DNA of 32,000 bases from Candidatus Saccharimonadota bacterium (GTDB lineage: Bacteria > Patescibacteriota > Saccharimonadia > Saccharimonadales > Saccharimonadaceae). The stretch spans positions 90,001-122,000 of the forward strand of contig CP064995.1 of NCBI GenBank assembly GCA_016700015.1, read 5' to 3'. The position numbers were made by a program, and so were the translations under genes. Every line of letters begins with the position of its first letter. The stretch's first letter is position 1. The notes under the pieces were generated by a model, which had not been told where the DNA came from, made no database searches, and worked only from the letters and a program-made list of their open reading frames with translations. Positions 15,985 to 23,925 of the stretch are shown piece after piece.

Positions 15985-16694
15985 TAGTTAGCTCCTTTTG
16001 TCGTAGAGTCGTACTCAGATTTTTCGGCTAATCGGTCATTTTCGAAGGTAAGGTAAATCGTCGATGAATTGTAAAAAATTGCATAGCGAGTGTAGCTACA
16101 ATCTTCAAATTTACCTGTCCTATCAGCGCGTTTCGTACAGGTAGGACTTTCATAGCCAGAACCGTCGAAAGCTTGTGCTACCTCGGCCTTTGTCATGCCG
16201 ACCGTTAATTTGTCGTATACATTAACATCGGGTGTGCGGGGTTTGGAATGTGAAGTAGAGTTTTTGAAAAAGTCCGGGTTTGTAGCAGCTTGATAAGCAA
16301 CAAAGCCGAGAAATGCCCCTACGGTCAGTAGGTTTAGCGTGCTGACGATATACACCACAATGACGGCGATGGTCATTGGTTTTTTATCGATCTGACGATC
16401 GGTGAGCTTACTACCATCGGCTGGCCCGAGCTTGCCGGTGAGAATAAGTATGCAGTCGATGAACGCCCAAATACCCAGCCCGCCAAACGTTAGAATTTTG
16501 GTTACGCCTAGCCCGGTATAGCCTAGGTAAAATCGGTCAAATCCAAATCCACCAAGGAAAAGGCTTAGTAGTACGGCTGTTGAAAATCGTTTTGGTTGTG
16601 TGGTGGTTTGCACTAAGCCTGGAGAGAGGGTGACCCTTGGTACTTCTGGCTGCTTGTGCTCCGTGTGGTGAGGGGTATGCTTATCGGCGCTCAT
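15984..16694 (-). CDS. TM2 domain-containing membrane protein with an extra TM helix and a small C-terminal globular domain
   Basis: [46 protein letters not shown]. The C-terminal [18 protein letters not shown] segment resembles SmpA/OmlA-like lipoprotein folds, which is a weak call. Confidence 0.8.
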   Translation of the reverse strand: MSADKHTPHHTEHKQPEVPRVTLSPGLVQTTTQPKRFSTAVLLSLFLGGFGFDRFYLGYTGLGVTKILTFGGLGIWAFIDCILILTGKLGPADGSKLTDRQIDKKPMTIAVIVVYIVSTLNLLTVGAFLGFVAYQAATNPDFFKNSTSHSKPRTPDVNVYDKLTVGMTKAEVAQAFDGSGYESPTCTKRADRTGKFEDCSYTRYAIFYNSSTIYLTFENDRLAEKSEYDSTTKGAN

Positions 16695-16741
16695 AGTATT
16701 CCTTTGTCATAAGTATAGATGCAATCGGGGCAAAAGCACAA

Positions 16742-17617
16742 CTAGATACACGAATAATCATAGTCAAGATTGTTGGCAACAAATTGGACAAGTTCGATCT
16801 TTCCGGTAGTGCCAGCTAATGGTTGGTAGTCAGGGCTGTTATTGACACAAACCTTGTAGGCATTGTCAATAGTAAAGCCAGTTCCTATGGCATACCAGGT
16901 GGGAACGTTTTTGAGTGGACTGGTAACTGAAATATTTCCGGTTCCGACGATAGTTTTCCACTGGGGGTTGGTAGAATATATGCCAACCCGTGGGATGGCT
17001 GCACGCTGCGTGAAGTAGCTGGCATAGCCTTCAAGTGTTGCCACATTCTTCTTGTAACCGTCTTTTTCACGGCCGCTATGCCATGTATTGAGCGTTTCAA
17101 CATCCAGCCACCACATGTAGCCACTCGCGAGCGGACTTAGTCCGTCAATTGTTGTCGCAGTTTGCGTGAAATAACCGACCACCTCCTGAGCACGCTCCCA
17201 TCCGTACTGGCGAGCACACGCGATACTGTTGTTACCGGTACAGCCAAACCCAGTGTTATAGCCGCTTGGGTCTATGCTGTCTTTGGGCCAATTGGCAACA
17301 AGCTTGGTATTCTTATAGTAATTTCCGGGGCTGGCAGTATTCACGTACAGCTGTACCTTAGGCTGGCTAGCAACGACACCACTAGATTGCGCAGCCCATA
17401 CGAGCTGATCCTTTAAACACAGATTTATATTGCTTGCCTTGCCGCCATTGACATTCACAATACCAAATGCCGGAGCCGATGGCAGTGTACTACCACACTG
17501 AGGATAGCCGACATCAATACCGAGAGTGTTTTGATCAAGTGCGTGGGCAGTATTACCTGCTAACGTGAGGGCTACCCATACTATGGTTCCACCCATAATT
17601 TTTTTCATACTAATCAT
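16742..17617 (-). CDS. secreted glycoside-hydrolase-like protein (GH25/DUF1906-type TIM barrel, putative muramidase)
   Basis: Signal peptide (MKKIMGGTIVWVALTLAGNTAHA). The GIDVGYPQCG start and the WWLDVE (D-x-E) block recall GH25 lysozymes. The functional call is tentative. The start could be 17617 or 17608. Confidence 0.6.
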   Translation of the reverse strand: MISMKKIMGGTIVWVALTLAGNTAHALDQNTLGIDVGYPQCGSTLPSAPAFGIVNVNGGKASNINLCLKDQLVWAAQSSGVVASQPKVQLYVNTASPGNYYKNTKLVANWPKDSIDPSGYNTGFGCTGNNSIACARQYGWERAQEVVGYFTQTATTIDGLSPLASGYMWWLDVETLNTWHSGREKDGYKKNVATLEGYASYFTQRAAIPRVGIYSTNPQWKTIVGTGNISVTSPLKNVPTWYAIGTGFTIDNAYKVCVNNSPDYQPLAGTTGKIELVQFVANNLDYDYSCI

Positions 17618-17696
17618 AAGTTTCTATTGTATCAGATTTGACTCATCTTTACATGCTGGCCCCTGTTTGCTACAATGTACCGGTACTTTATAGGTA

Positions 17697-17723
17697 TGGG
17701 CCAATAGCTAGAGCTGGTTAGAG
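17697..17723 (+). pseudogene. partial tRNA-Lys-like 5' fragment (acceptor plus D arm), continued at 17811-17820 after the inserted RNA element
   Basis: GGGCCAATAGCTAGAGCTGGTTAGAG compared with the intact GGGCCAGTAGCTCAGCTGGTTAGAG. After the element, CCTGCCTCTT matches the anticodon stem and loop 5' side of tRNA-Lys(CTT). No 3' half is present. Confidence 0.7.
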
Positions 17724-17810
17724 TGAGAACTGCCAGTTGGCAGTTCGCAAGGCGATGTCACAAATGAACTATGTTCATTTGCCTGACTCGCGGGGTCGCG
17801 CTGGTGTGAC
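17724..17810 (+). ncRNA. unclassified ~87-nt structured RNA element, copy L (three-hairpin fold)
   Basis: TGAGA-P1(ACTGCC/GGCAGT)-TCGCAAG-P2(GCGA.GTCA.CAAATGAAC-TAT-GTTCATTTG.TGAC.TCGC)-GGGG-P3(TCGC/GTGA). It is homologous to the copies at 23806, 29392 and 29699, with compensatory substitutions. Confidence 0.7.
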
Positions 17811-17873
17811 CCTGCCTCTTCCGAGCTTTGCTCGGCTGCGTGCACGCGTACCTTCCGGTATACTACAACTCAT

Positions 17874-17950
17874 GGGCCAGTAGCTCAGCTGGTTAGAGCA
17901 CCTGCCTCTTAAGCAGGGTGTCGAGAGTTCAAGTCTCTCCTGGCCCTCCA
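17874..17950 (+). tRNA. tRNA-Lys (anticodon CTT), CCA encoded
   Basis: Acceptor GGGCCAG/CTGGCCC, anticodon stem-loop CCTGC-CTCTTAA-GCAGG, T arm GAGAG-TTCAAGT-CTCTC, then T73 and CCA. Confidence 0.9.
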
Positions 17951-17993
17951 AGTAAAAATAGTCTCGTTGCAAAATGAGGCTATTTTTACTTGG
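17948..17993 (+). terminator. 18-bp hairpin starting at the CCA of tRNA-Lys
   Basis: CCAAGTAAAAATAGTCTC-(10-nt loop)-GAGGCTATTTTTACTTGG, with one G-U pair. No U-tract. Confidence 0.55.
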
Positions 17994-18006
17994 CCAAGGT
18001 TAGAGA

Positions 18007-18130
18007 TGAGACTTGTACTCTCGACTTTTTGCGAAGCAAAAATAGTCGAGAGGTCGCAAAGCGCAGCGAAATTCTGGAAAAGCTTGCTTTTGGCAGAATG
18101 AGCAAGCGGAGGAGCGAAGCGATAGTCTCT
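18007..18130 (+). repeat. divergent, enlarged relative of the structured RNA element, preceded by a GGCCAAGGTTAGAG tRNA-Lys-like remnant
   Basis: TGAGA, then a long P1 (CTCTCGACT...AGTCGAGAG), then GTCGCAAAG (compare TCGCAAG), then an ATTCTG..CAGAAT hairpin, then GCGGAGG. The 5' GAGACT can pair with the 3' AGTCTC. The match to the family is partial. Confidence 0.4.
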
Positions 18131-18148
18131 CTTAGCCCTTCCCACAAT

Positions 18149-18178
18149 AAAATGCCGACTTGCGACAGTCGGCATTTT
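18149..18178. terminator. bidirectional intrinsic terminator
   Basis: AAAATGCCGACT-TGCGAC-AGTCGGCATTTT. A GC-rich core stem is flanked by A- and T-tracts, and it lies between + strand RNAs and the minus-strand operon ending at 18197. Confidence 0.75.
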
Positions 18179-18196
18179 GCACAATGCGTATTGAAC

Positions 18197-18484
18197 CTAC
18201 ATACTATTCAATTCTTGCTCGAGTGCGGTGAGGTCAGCATCACTGAGGCTATCGACACTGGCGGTATCGAGGGCACTGAGCGCGGCATCAAGGTCTTTTG
18301 CTGTTTTTACGTCAGCAACGGTCGAGTTCTCGGCGGCAATAGATTTTCCGGCGCTCGGGTTGTTAACCGCCACTTCGGCCTTCGAGGTGATGAGATACGT
18401 GTACCCCAGCGCTCCGACGAGCACCACGAATACAACAACCACTAGTCCAAATATAGCTGCATGTCCTTGGTTATAATTCTTCAT
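18197..18484 (-). CDS. small membrane-anchored hypothetical protein
   Basis: N-terminal TM helix (AAIFGLVVVVFVVLVGALGYTYLI). The start overlaps the stop of the upstream gene (TAATG). Confidence 0.6.
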   Translation of the reverse strand: MKNYNQGHAAIFGLVVVVFVVLVGALGYTYLITSKAEVAVNNPSAGKSIAAENSTVADVKTAKDLDAALSALDTASVDSLSDADLTALEQELNSM

Positions 18485-19116
18485 TACCGCACTTCCTCAC
18501 TCGTATTAGTTGTTGATGAGGCGCCTGCTGCTTTTTTGACCAGCACAATGAGTGCGCGCACTTTGTCTTTGTAGGCTTTCAGTTGGGCAATTTCATTCTT
18601 TTTTGCAGCTTTGAAATCGGTCATCGCTTGCTTTGGATTCTCACCATTACAGGTCCAGGAGTTGCCAGTTGTGGTTGTCGAGCTTACGGCACTCGAAGCG
18701 CTGGTATAGGCGGCATCTACTTCACCAACAAGCGCAGCGTAGCCTGGGTCACTCAATTTTTTATCAGTGTAGAATTGCTTAGTTTTGTCGGCAATTTTTT
18801 TAAACACCTCAAGCTGCTTGGTACCGCGACTACTTACTTTTTCGATCATGCTCTTTATCTGTTCCTGTCGTTTTTCACAGACCCGAAGCTTGTTGGCCTC
18901 AAAGCGCTCTTTACGCACTTCCACGGTGACTTTTTCGCGATTGTCAGCAGTGCTATGCTCAGTTTCATTCTCTGTTTCATTTTCCATCTCGTTCTCTTGC
19001 TCACGAGCAATGTTTTCTTGACTATCGCGCGCATACGCAACAGACGAAGCAAAAGTTATCGGTACCGCCACGAGTAGCGCGGCCAGGACCAACGGTACAA
19101 GTATTCGTTTTGACAT
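18484..19116 (-). CDS. secreted helical hypothetical protein (acidic ENE repeats near the N-terminus)
   Basis: I chose the start at 19116 (MSKRILVPLVLAALLVAVPITFASSVAYA) because GAGGAG lies 10 nt upstream. Signal peptide present. No family recognised. Confidence 0.7.
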   Translation of the reverse strand: MSKRILVPLVLAALLVAVPITFASSVAYARDSQENIAREQENEMENETENETEHSTADNREKVTVEVRKERFEANKLRVCEKRQEQIKSMIEKVSSRGTKQLEVFKKIADKTKQFYTDKKLSDPGYAALVGEVDAAYTSASSAVSSTTTTGNSWTCNGENPKQAMTDFKAAKKNEIAQLKAYKDKVRALIVLVKKAAGASSTTNTSEEVR

Positions 19117-19243
19117 AAATGCTATACTCCTCATGTTAATAGCTAATGGTTAGTATAGCTTATGCCTATAGTCGATGGAAAGAATTGATTGATGAATCAT
19201 ACCTATCTCATCTGGTGTGTATGTTGTATAATACGCGTCAGTT

Positions 19244-20062
19244 ATGAAACGGGAACTAAATGGCCGCGAGCTTCAGGATTTTATAAAAGTACGCCAGCTA
19301 CGGCAAGTGCGTCATTTGCGCCAGGGTTTCGGTCTTATTCCTAAACTGTTGATTATCCAAAGTGCCACCGCTTCACCCATAATCGCTACCTATGTTCGAA
19401 TGAAGCAAGCTTACGCAGGTGATGTTTTGATAGAGGTTGAAGTAGCAGCTATGACTCAAAATCGTATGCCTGATGCTATTCGCGCAGCCAATGCTGATGC
19501 ATCGGTACATGGTATTATTGTGCAACTACCGCTTGATGATCCAGGTGAAACCGATGCTATTTGCAATCAAATTGCCGCTGAAAAAGATGTCGATGGGCTT
19601 GGTAAAGACGCTGTATTCCCCAGCGCTACTGCCGAAGCAATCGATTGGCTGTTGGCCGGCTACAATATTGAACTTTCCGACAAGCGGGTGACACTATTGG
19701 GGAATGGCAAATTGGTTGGCGCGCCGCTCGCTAAATTATGGGGCGACCATGGTTACCACGTTACGGTGATTGATGAAACATCGACGGCGATTGACGAAAC
19801 GCTGCTTGACAGTGATGTTATTGTCAGCGCAACTGGTGTACCTCGATTGCTGACGAGCGACCGTGTGCCTACGGGTTCGGTAGTCGTCGATGCGGGCACG
19901 GCAAGTGAAAATGGCCAGATTGTTGGTGATGTTGACCCGTTTGTTCGTACCCGCGAAGATGTGACAATAACACCCATAAAAGGTGGCGTGGGACCACTGA
20001 CGATTGCGGTACTATTTGACCACGTTATACAGGCCGCACTCAAACAAGCCGGCCAACTTTGA
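19244..20062 (+). CDS. folD: bifunctional methylenetetrahydrofolate dehydrogenase/methenyl-THF cyclohydrolase
   Basis: YVRMKQAYAGDVLIEVE, HGIIVQLPL, DVDGL, GNGKLVGAPLAKLW, VVVDAG and PIKGGVGPLTIAVLFDHV match FolD blocks. Confidence 0.9.
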   Translation: MKRELNGRELQDFIKVRQLRQVRHLRQGFGLIPKLLIIQSATASPIIATYVRMKQAYAGDVLIEVEVAAMTQNRMPDAIRAANADASVHGIIVQLPLDDPGETDAICNQIAAEKDVDGLGKDAVFPSATAEAIDWLLAGYNIELSDKRVTLLGNGKLVGAPLAKLWGDHGYHVTVIDETSTAIDETLLDSDVIVSATGVPRLLTSDRVPTGSVVVDAGTASENGQIVGDVDPFVRTREDVTITPIKGGVGPLTIAVLFDHVIQAALKQAGQL

Positions 20063-20063
20063 T

Positions 20064-20438
20064 TTATTTCGATAAGCCAAGCGCGTCTTTAACGCGGCCG
20101 ACAACCTGACTTGGGGTGAGCTCTGCCTTGACGATATAGCTATGAATACCAAGCTGACGCAAAGTCTTAGGTGCCTCTTCTTCACCCAGATTGGTCAGAA
20201 TGATAACTGGTGTATGAGCACCCCAGTCGGATTTACGAATGAGTTCGAGTGCCTCAGCACCACCCATTCGGGGCATCTGAAGATCGAGCAATATGATATC
20301 TGGCCTGAACTTGGCTGCCGCGGCAACACCAGATTCGCCGTCGCTGGCGGTGGCGACTACAAAGCCAGCCGCTTCAAATTTCATACGATACATCTGATTG
20401 ATGACTTGATCGTCTTCGATAATAGCAATTTTGGTCAT
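20064..20438 (-). CDS. single-domain response regulator (CheY-like receiver only)
   Basis: MTKIAIIEDD...DIILLDLQMPRMGG...PVIILTNLG...YIVKA carries the receiver signature residues. I chose the start at 20438 because AAGGGA lies upstream. There is no output domain. Confidence 0.85.
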   Translation of the reverse strand: MTKIAIIEDDQVINQMYRMKFEAAGFVVATASDGESGVAAAAKFRPDIILLDLQMPRMGGAEALELIRKSDWGAHTPVIILTNLGEEEAPKTLRQLGIHSYIVKAELTPSQVVGRVKDALGLSK

Positions 20439-20487
20439 TTCCCTTATAATAGCAAGCGTAAGCATAAAAATAAATGGGCCTCTACTG

Positions 20488-21477
20488 GTGGGAAATACCA
20501 AACCAAAACGTTATCGCCTCACAATTGTTTCCACGCGCCGAGTAGCTGGTGTGCCGGTGACGCGTGTCTTGACGCAGGATCAGTATTACCACGGCCGCCG
20601 TTACCGACTTGAGCGAACGCTGGTACGAACGTTTACGAATTTTTTACAGTGGTACCTCGAGCGACACCCTGGTATGCCGTTTACGGCTCGTGGCAATTTG
20701 GCTCGTCACCTAGTTTACATGCCGGCCGGTATGCGGGCTTGGAGAGCGTATATGCCCGGTGGTTTTGCGACCTATCACGTGCATGATCCGCGGCGCGCAC
20801 ACATGCAAAACGGCAAAAAGCTCGATGCTATTACGCGTGCATTCTTCCGCCACACCTATGACGCCGTCAATTTGCGCTCTCGTGCCTACATTATGGACTG
20901 GCTAGCGAGCACGCCACTCATGGCAGCGCACGGGTCTCGGTGTCGGTGGGTGAGCTTGGCGGGCGGCAGTGGCCAGCCGGTATTCGATGTTTTTAATGAA
21001 TTGCCTAAACATATTCGCGATTCAAGTTCTCTTATCATCACCGACAGCGATTCGGAAGTGCTACGGTTTGCGAAAATGGTTTATGAAAAGCACAATCTTC
21101 CAATTCACCATGTTGGTTATGAACAACTTGATGTGCTAGAAACTTCAGTGCTCAGCACTTTTTTCAAACGTCACCACCCCGACATTATTGATGCGATGGG
21201 ATTGTTTGAATACCTGAGTGACGAGCAAAGTGTGCGGCTACTAAATGATGTGTATCAATCGCTTCCAAAGGGCGGGGTATTTATATTTTCAAATATGTGG
21301 TCGAAGCGGCCACACCTCGATGTTCACCAGCGCGCCCTTGGCTGGCCGGGAGTAATTCAGCGCACAATTCATGAAGTAGTGGCACTGCTTGCTAAGGCAG
21401 ACGTTCCTTTAGAAGCACAGTCAGTTTACCATGATGACGACAATGTGTACTGTGTGTATAGGGTAGTCAAACAATGA
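20488..21477 (+). CDS. class I SAM-dependent methyltransferase-like protein
   Basis: Rossmann-type motif I VSLAGGSGQP, an acidic motif II ITDSDSEV, DIIDAMGLFEYL and LPKGGVFIFSN. The start is uncertain (GTG at 20488 proposed), because the listed ATG at 20431 overlaps the divergent receiver gene. The stop overlaps the kinase start (ATGA). Confidence 0.6.
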   Translation: MGNTKPKRYRLTIVSTRRVAGVPVTRVLTQDQYYHGRRYRLERTLVRTFTNFLQWYLERHPGMPFTARGNLARHLVYMPAGMRAWRAYMPGGFATYHVHDPRRAHMQNGKKLDAITRAFFRHTYDAVNLRSRAYIMDWLASTPLMAAHGSRCRWVSLAGGSGQPVFDVFNELPKHIRDSSSLIITDSDSEVLRFAKMVYEKHNLPIHHVGYEQLDVLETSVLSTFFKRHHPDIIDAMGLFEYLSDEQSVRLLNDVYQSLPKGGVFIFSNMWSKRPHLDVHQRALGWPGVIQRTIHEVVALLAKADVPLEAQSVYHDDDNVYCVYRVVKQ

Positions 21478-23681
21478 ACAGTATTCTTGCTACAGTTCTA
21501 CTCGTTGTCGGTATGGTCAATATTATTACCGCCGTTAGTGTGTTTGCCCATGCCTCACGCGATCGAGGTCGTTGGGCATTCCTGGTTCTTATCGTATGCA
21601 CGGCGCTATGGGCGTGGGGTGTTGGGCTGTTTTTGGTGGCTGGCACTGTACCGCACGGGCAATTCTATGTCAACACATACTACTGTGCAGCAATGGCTAT
21701 CGCGGGAGGGCTCATAGCATTTGGCGCTGCCAGCCGTGGGCAGTTATGGTGGCGACGTATCGCAGTAGGGTTCGTGCCGACCATTGGCCTGATTGTCGCC
21801 ATGCTATATGACCCACGCTGGCTCGTAGAAGTTGTGAGTGTTACTGGTGCGCTGAGTGATCGTGTTCATATCCACGTATGGCGTTACTCAGCGTACGCGT
21901 TAGTATTTGTAGTGGTGTTCGCTTATGCGTGGTGGTGCATGAAGACGGACGCTCACCAGCAACAGCGGCGTCTTCGCCAGCGCAAAATTGTCAATGCGGG
22001 CGTACTAGTATCTGGTGGGATGGGTATACTTTTCAACCTTATATTACCCTGGATCGGTAACTACGAACTTATTGCAATTGGCCCGATATTCACCCTGTTA
22101 TTCACCTTTAGCATCGCTTATGCCAGTGTTAAATACAGTATGTTTGATTTACGCCGTACCTTTGCTGTGTCACTGGCCTATATTTTCGCTAGCTCAATAG
22201 CCGCACTTATCTATATTGGAGCGGTTTGGACGGTAAGCAATATGATTGCTGAAGGTGTGACGAGTCGGCTAGTACTCGGTGTTGTTTATACTATGTTGGC
22301 GCTATTGGTAGCGACAACTATAACTCCACTCAAAACATCATTTGACAAGCTAACAGCAAGTTTATTCCTGCGCGAGCGATACAATCCCGAGGAAGCCCTT
22401 GATAGTTTCGGTGATGCGATTCTTGATGACATCGAGGTATCATCGATTGCAACTAAAGCCGGAGAAGTGATGGCAAATGTCATGCATCCGGAATATTCTG
22501 CGATTGTACTACTCGAAAGGGGTTCGCTGGTAAAAGCGCATGCTGTCTACGGTGCTTCATCAAAGGGTGATAAGATTGCTGAATGTACCGACGAGCTGGA
22601 CACAGTAACACGAATGAATCAAGTAATAACTATTGACGGAGTTAACACTGTCCCGCAGACGACAGTTCGACCTTTGTTACGGCTGGGTATTGCGGTTGTA
22701 GCACGCATGCAGGTGAAAGACCAGACGGTTGGGTACATCGTCGTCGGCGAAAAACGCAGCGGTGATATATATAGTTCGTCAGAGCGGTTGATGATTGCGA
22801 CCATGGCTAATGAAATGGCACTTGCAATCCTCAACACTCAGCGCTTTGACGAAATCCAGTCATTTAATGCCAGGCTCAAAAGAGAAATCGACAGCGCCAC
22901 TAGGGAACTGCGGGCATCGAACAAAAAGCTACTCGACATGGATGCCACAAAAGACGAATTTGTCAGTATGGCAAGCCATCAACTGCGAACGCCACTCACT
23001 AGCGTGAAAGGTTACATAAGCATGGTGCTAGAAGGCGACGCAGGCAAAATCTCTCCTTCCCAGCGTCAGCTACTAGAAGAAGCCTACACCAGTAGTGAGC
23101 GGATGGTGCACCTTATTGGTGACTTTTTAAACGTGTCTCGCCTACAAACAGGGAAGTTTATGATTGATCGGCGGCAGGTTGATATTGCAAAAATTGTTGA
23201 GCAAGAAGTCGACTCTATTCGGCAAATCGCAGCAACACACAATATGTCTATTATCTACAAGAAGCCCCAGCGAATACCGCAGCTATACTTGGATGAAGGA
23301 AAGTTGCGCCAAGTCATTATGAATTTTATTGACAATGCTATCTATTATTCACCTGAAAGCACATCAATTGTTGTAAAGCTTGGGTGTGAAGAGGGCAATG
23401 TGGTACTGCGAGTCATCGACAAAGGCATGGGAGTCCCCGATGACGTGAAAGACCGATTATTTAGCCGCTTCTTTAGGGCGGACAATGCCCGCAAACAGCG
23501 ACCCGATGGTACCGGGATTGGCCTGTACCTCGCTAAAAAGATCATTGATGGCCATCATGGGACGCTGGTGTTTGAATCGACGCTGGGCAAGGGGAGCACC
23601 TTTGGGTTTCGTTTGCCCATCAAGCGCCTATCGGCAGCTCCGCCTCCGAGCGATGACCTGCAACCAAAAACCACTCCCTAG
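21474..23681 (+). CDS. sensor histidine kinase with an N-terminal ~7-TM domain, a central GAF-like region, HisKA and HATPase_c
   Basis: Multiple N-terminal hydrophobic helices. H-box FVSMASHQLRTPLTSVKGY, N-box NFIDNAIYYSP, G-boxes IDKGMGVP and GTGIGLYLAKKII. Confidence 0.9.
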   Translation: MNSILATVLLVVGMVNIITAVSVFAHASRDRGRWAFLVLIVCTALWAWGVGLFLVAGTVPHGQFYVNTYYCAAMAIAGGLIAFGAASRGQLWWRRIAVGFVPTIGLIVAMLYDPRWLVEVVSVTGALSDRVHIHVWRYSAYALVFVVVFAYAWWCMKTDAHQQQRRLRQRKIVNAGVLVSGGMGILFNLILPWIGNYELIAIGPIFTLLFTFSIAYASVKYSMFDLRRTFAVSLAYIFASSIAALIYIGAVWTVSNMIAEGVTSRLVLGVVYTMLALLVATTITPLKTSFDKLTASLFLRERYNPEEALDSFGDAILDDIEVSSIATKAGEVMANVMHPEYSAIVLLERGSLVKAHAVYGASSKGDKIAECTDELDTVTRMNQVITIDGVNTVPQTTVRPLLRLGIAVVARMQVKDQTVGYIVVGEKRSGDIYSSSERLMIATMANEMALAILNTQRFDEIQSFNARLKREIDSATRELRASNKKLLDMDATKDEFVSMASHQLRTPLTSVKGYISMVLEGDAGKISPSQRQLLEEAYTSSERMVHLIGDFLNVSRLQTGKFMIDRRQVDIAKIVEQEVDSIRQIAATHNMSIIYKKPQRIPQLYLDEGKLRQVIMNFIDNAIYYSPESTSIVVKLGCEEGNVVLRVIDKGMGVPDDVKDRLFSRFFRADNARKQRPDGTGIGLYLAKKIIDGHHGTLVFESTLGKGSTFGFRLPIKRLSAAPPPSDDLQPKTTP

Positions 23682-23694
23682 AGAGTGGTTTTGG
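23664..23694 (+). terminator. hairpin overlapping the kinase stop codon
   Basis: AAAACCACTC-CCTAGA-GAGTGGTTTT (10 bp) with a T-run in the 3' arm. Confidence 0.6.
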
Positions 23695-23805
23695 TATGGG
23701 TTCTGAAACTGACGCTTCAGATAATCATCGGCACTTGCGCGCCATCCCTCCCTCTTTAGGGGGAGGAAGATTGCATTCGAATTCACTTCGAATCAAGCTG
23801 GAGGG

Positions 23806-23891
23806 TGAGGGCTGCCCGTCGGCAGGCCGCAAGGAAGTCTGCCGGATAAGCTATGCTTATCACGAGCAGCTTCGGGGCCGCGGGACGTGGC
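23806..23891 (+). ncRNA. unclassified ~86-nt structured RNA element, copy E5
   Basis: TGAGG-P1(CTGCC/GGCAG)-CCGCAAG-P2(GAAG.CTGC.GATAAGC-TAT-GCTTATC.GCAG.CTTC)-GGGG-P3(CCGCG-GGA-CGTGG). The flanks GGAGGG/CCCTCC can form a closing stem. It lies between convergent genes. Confidence 0.7.
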
Positions 23892-23925
23892 GTGGTCCCT
23901 CCTATAAAGGAGCGGTCAGTCTCGA

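Noticed and set aside
17724-17810. Assigning the ~87-nt element to a known class: hammerhead, c-di-GMP-I riboswitch (it shares a CGCAAAG-like string and GCGGGG), a group II intron boundary (GUGAG..AC), or an archaeal-type bulge-helix-bulge tRNA intron.
   Set aside because: The hammerhead core (CUGAUGA/GAAA) is absent. The GEMM-I tetraloop-receptor blocks (GGCAAACC) are absent, and the copies are not upstream of genes. The element is far too short for a group II intron. The host tRNA copies are fragments rather than complete genes, so simple intron status is unsupported. It is left unclassified.
17775-18445. ORFs 17775-17972(-), 17909-18184(-) and 17990-18445(+).
   Set aside because: They run through tRNA-Lys, its hairpin, the structured-repeat copy and a terminator. 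There are no RBSs. They are artefacts of RNA-coding sequence.
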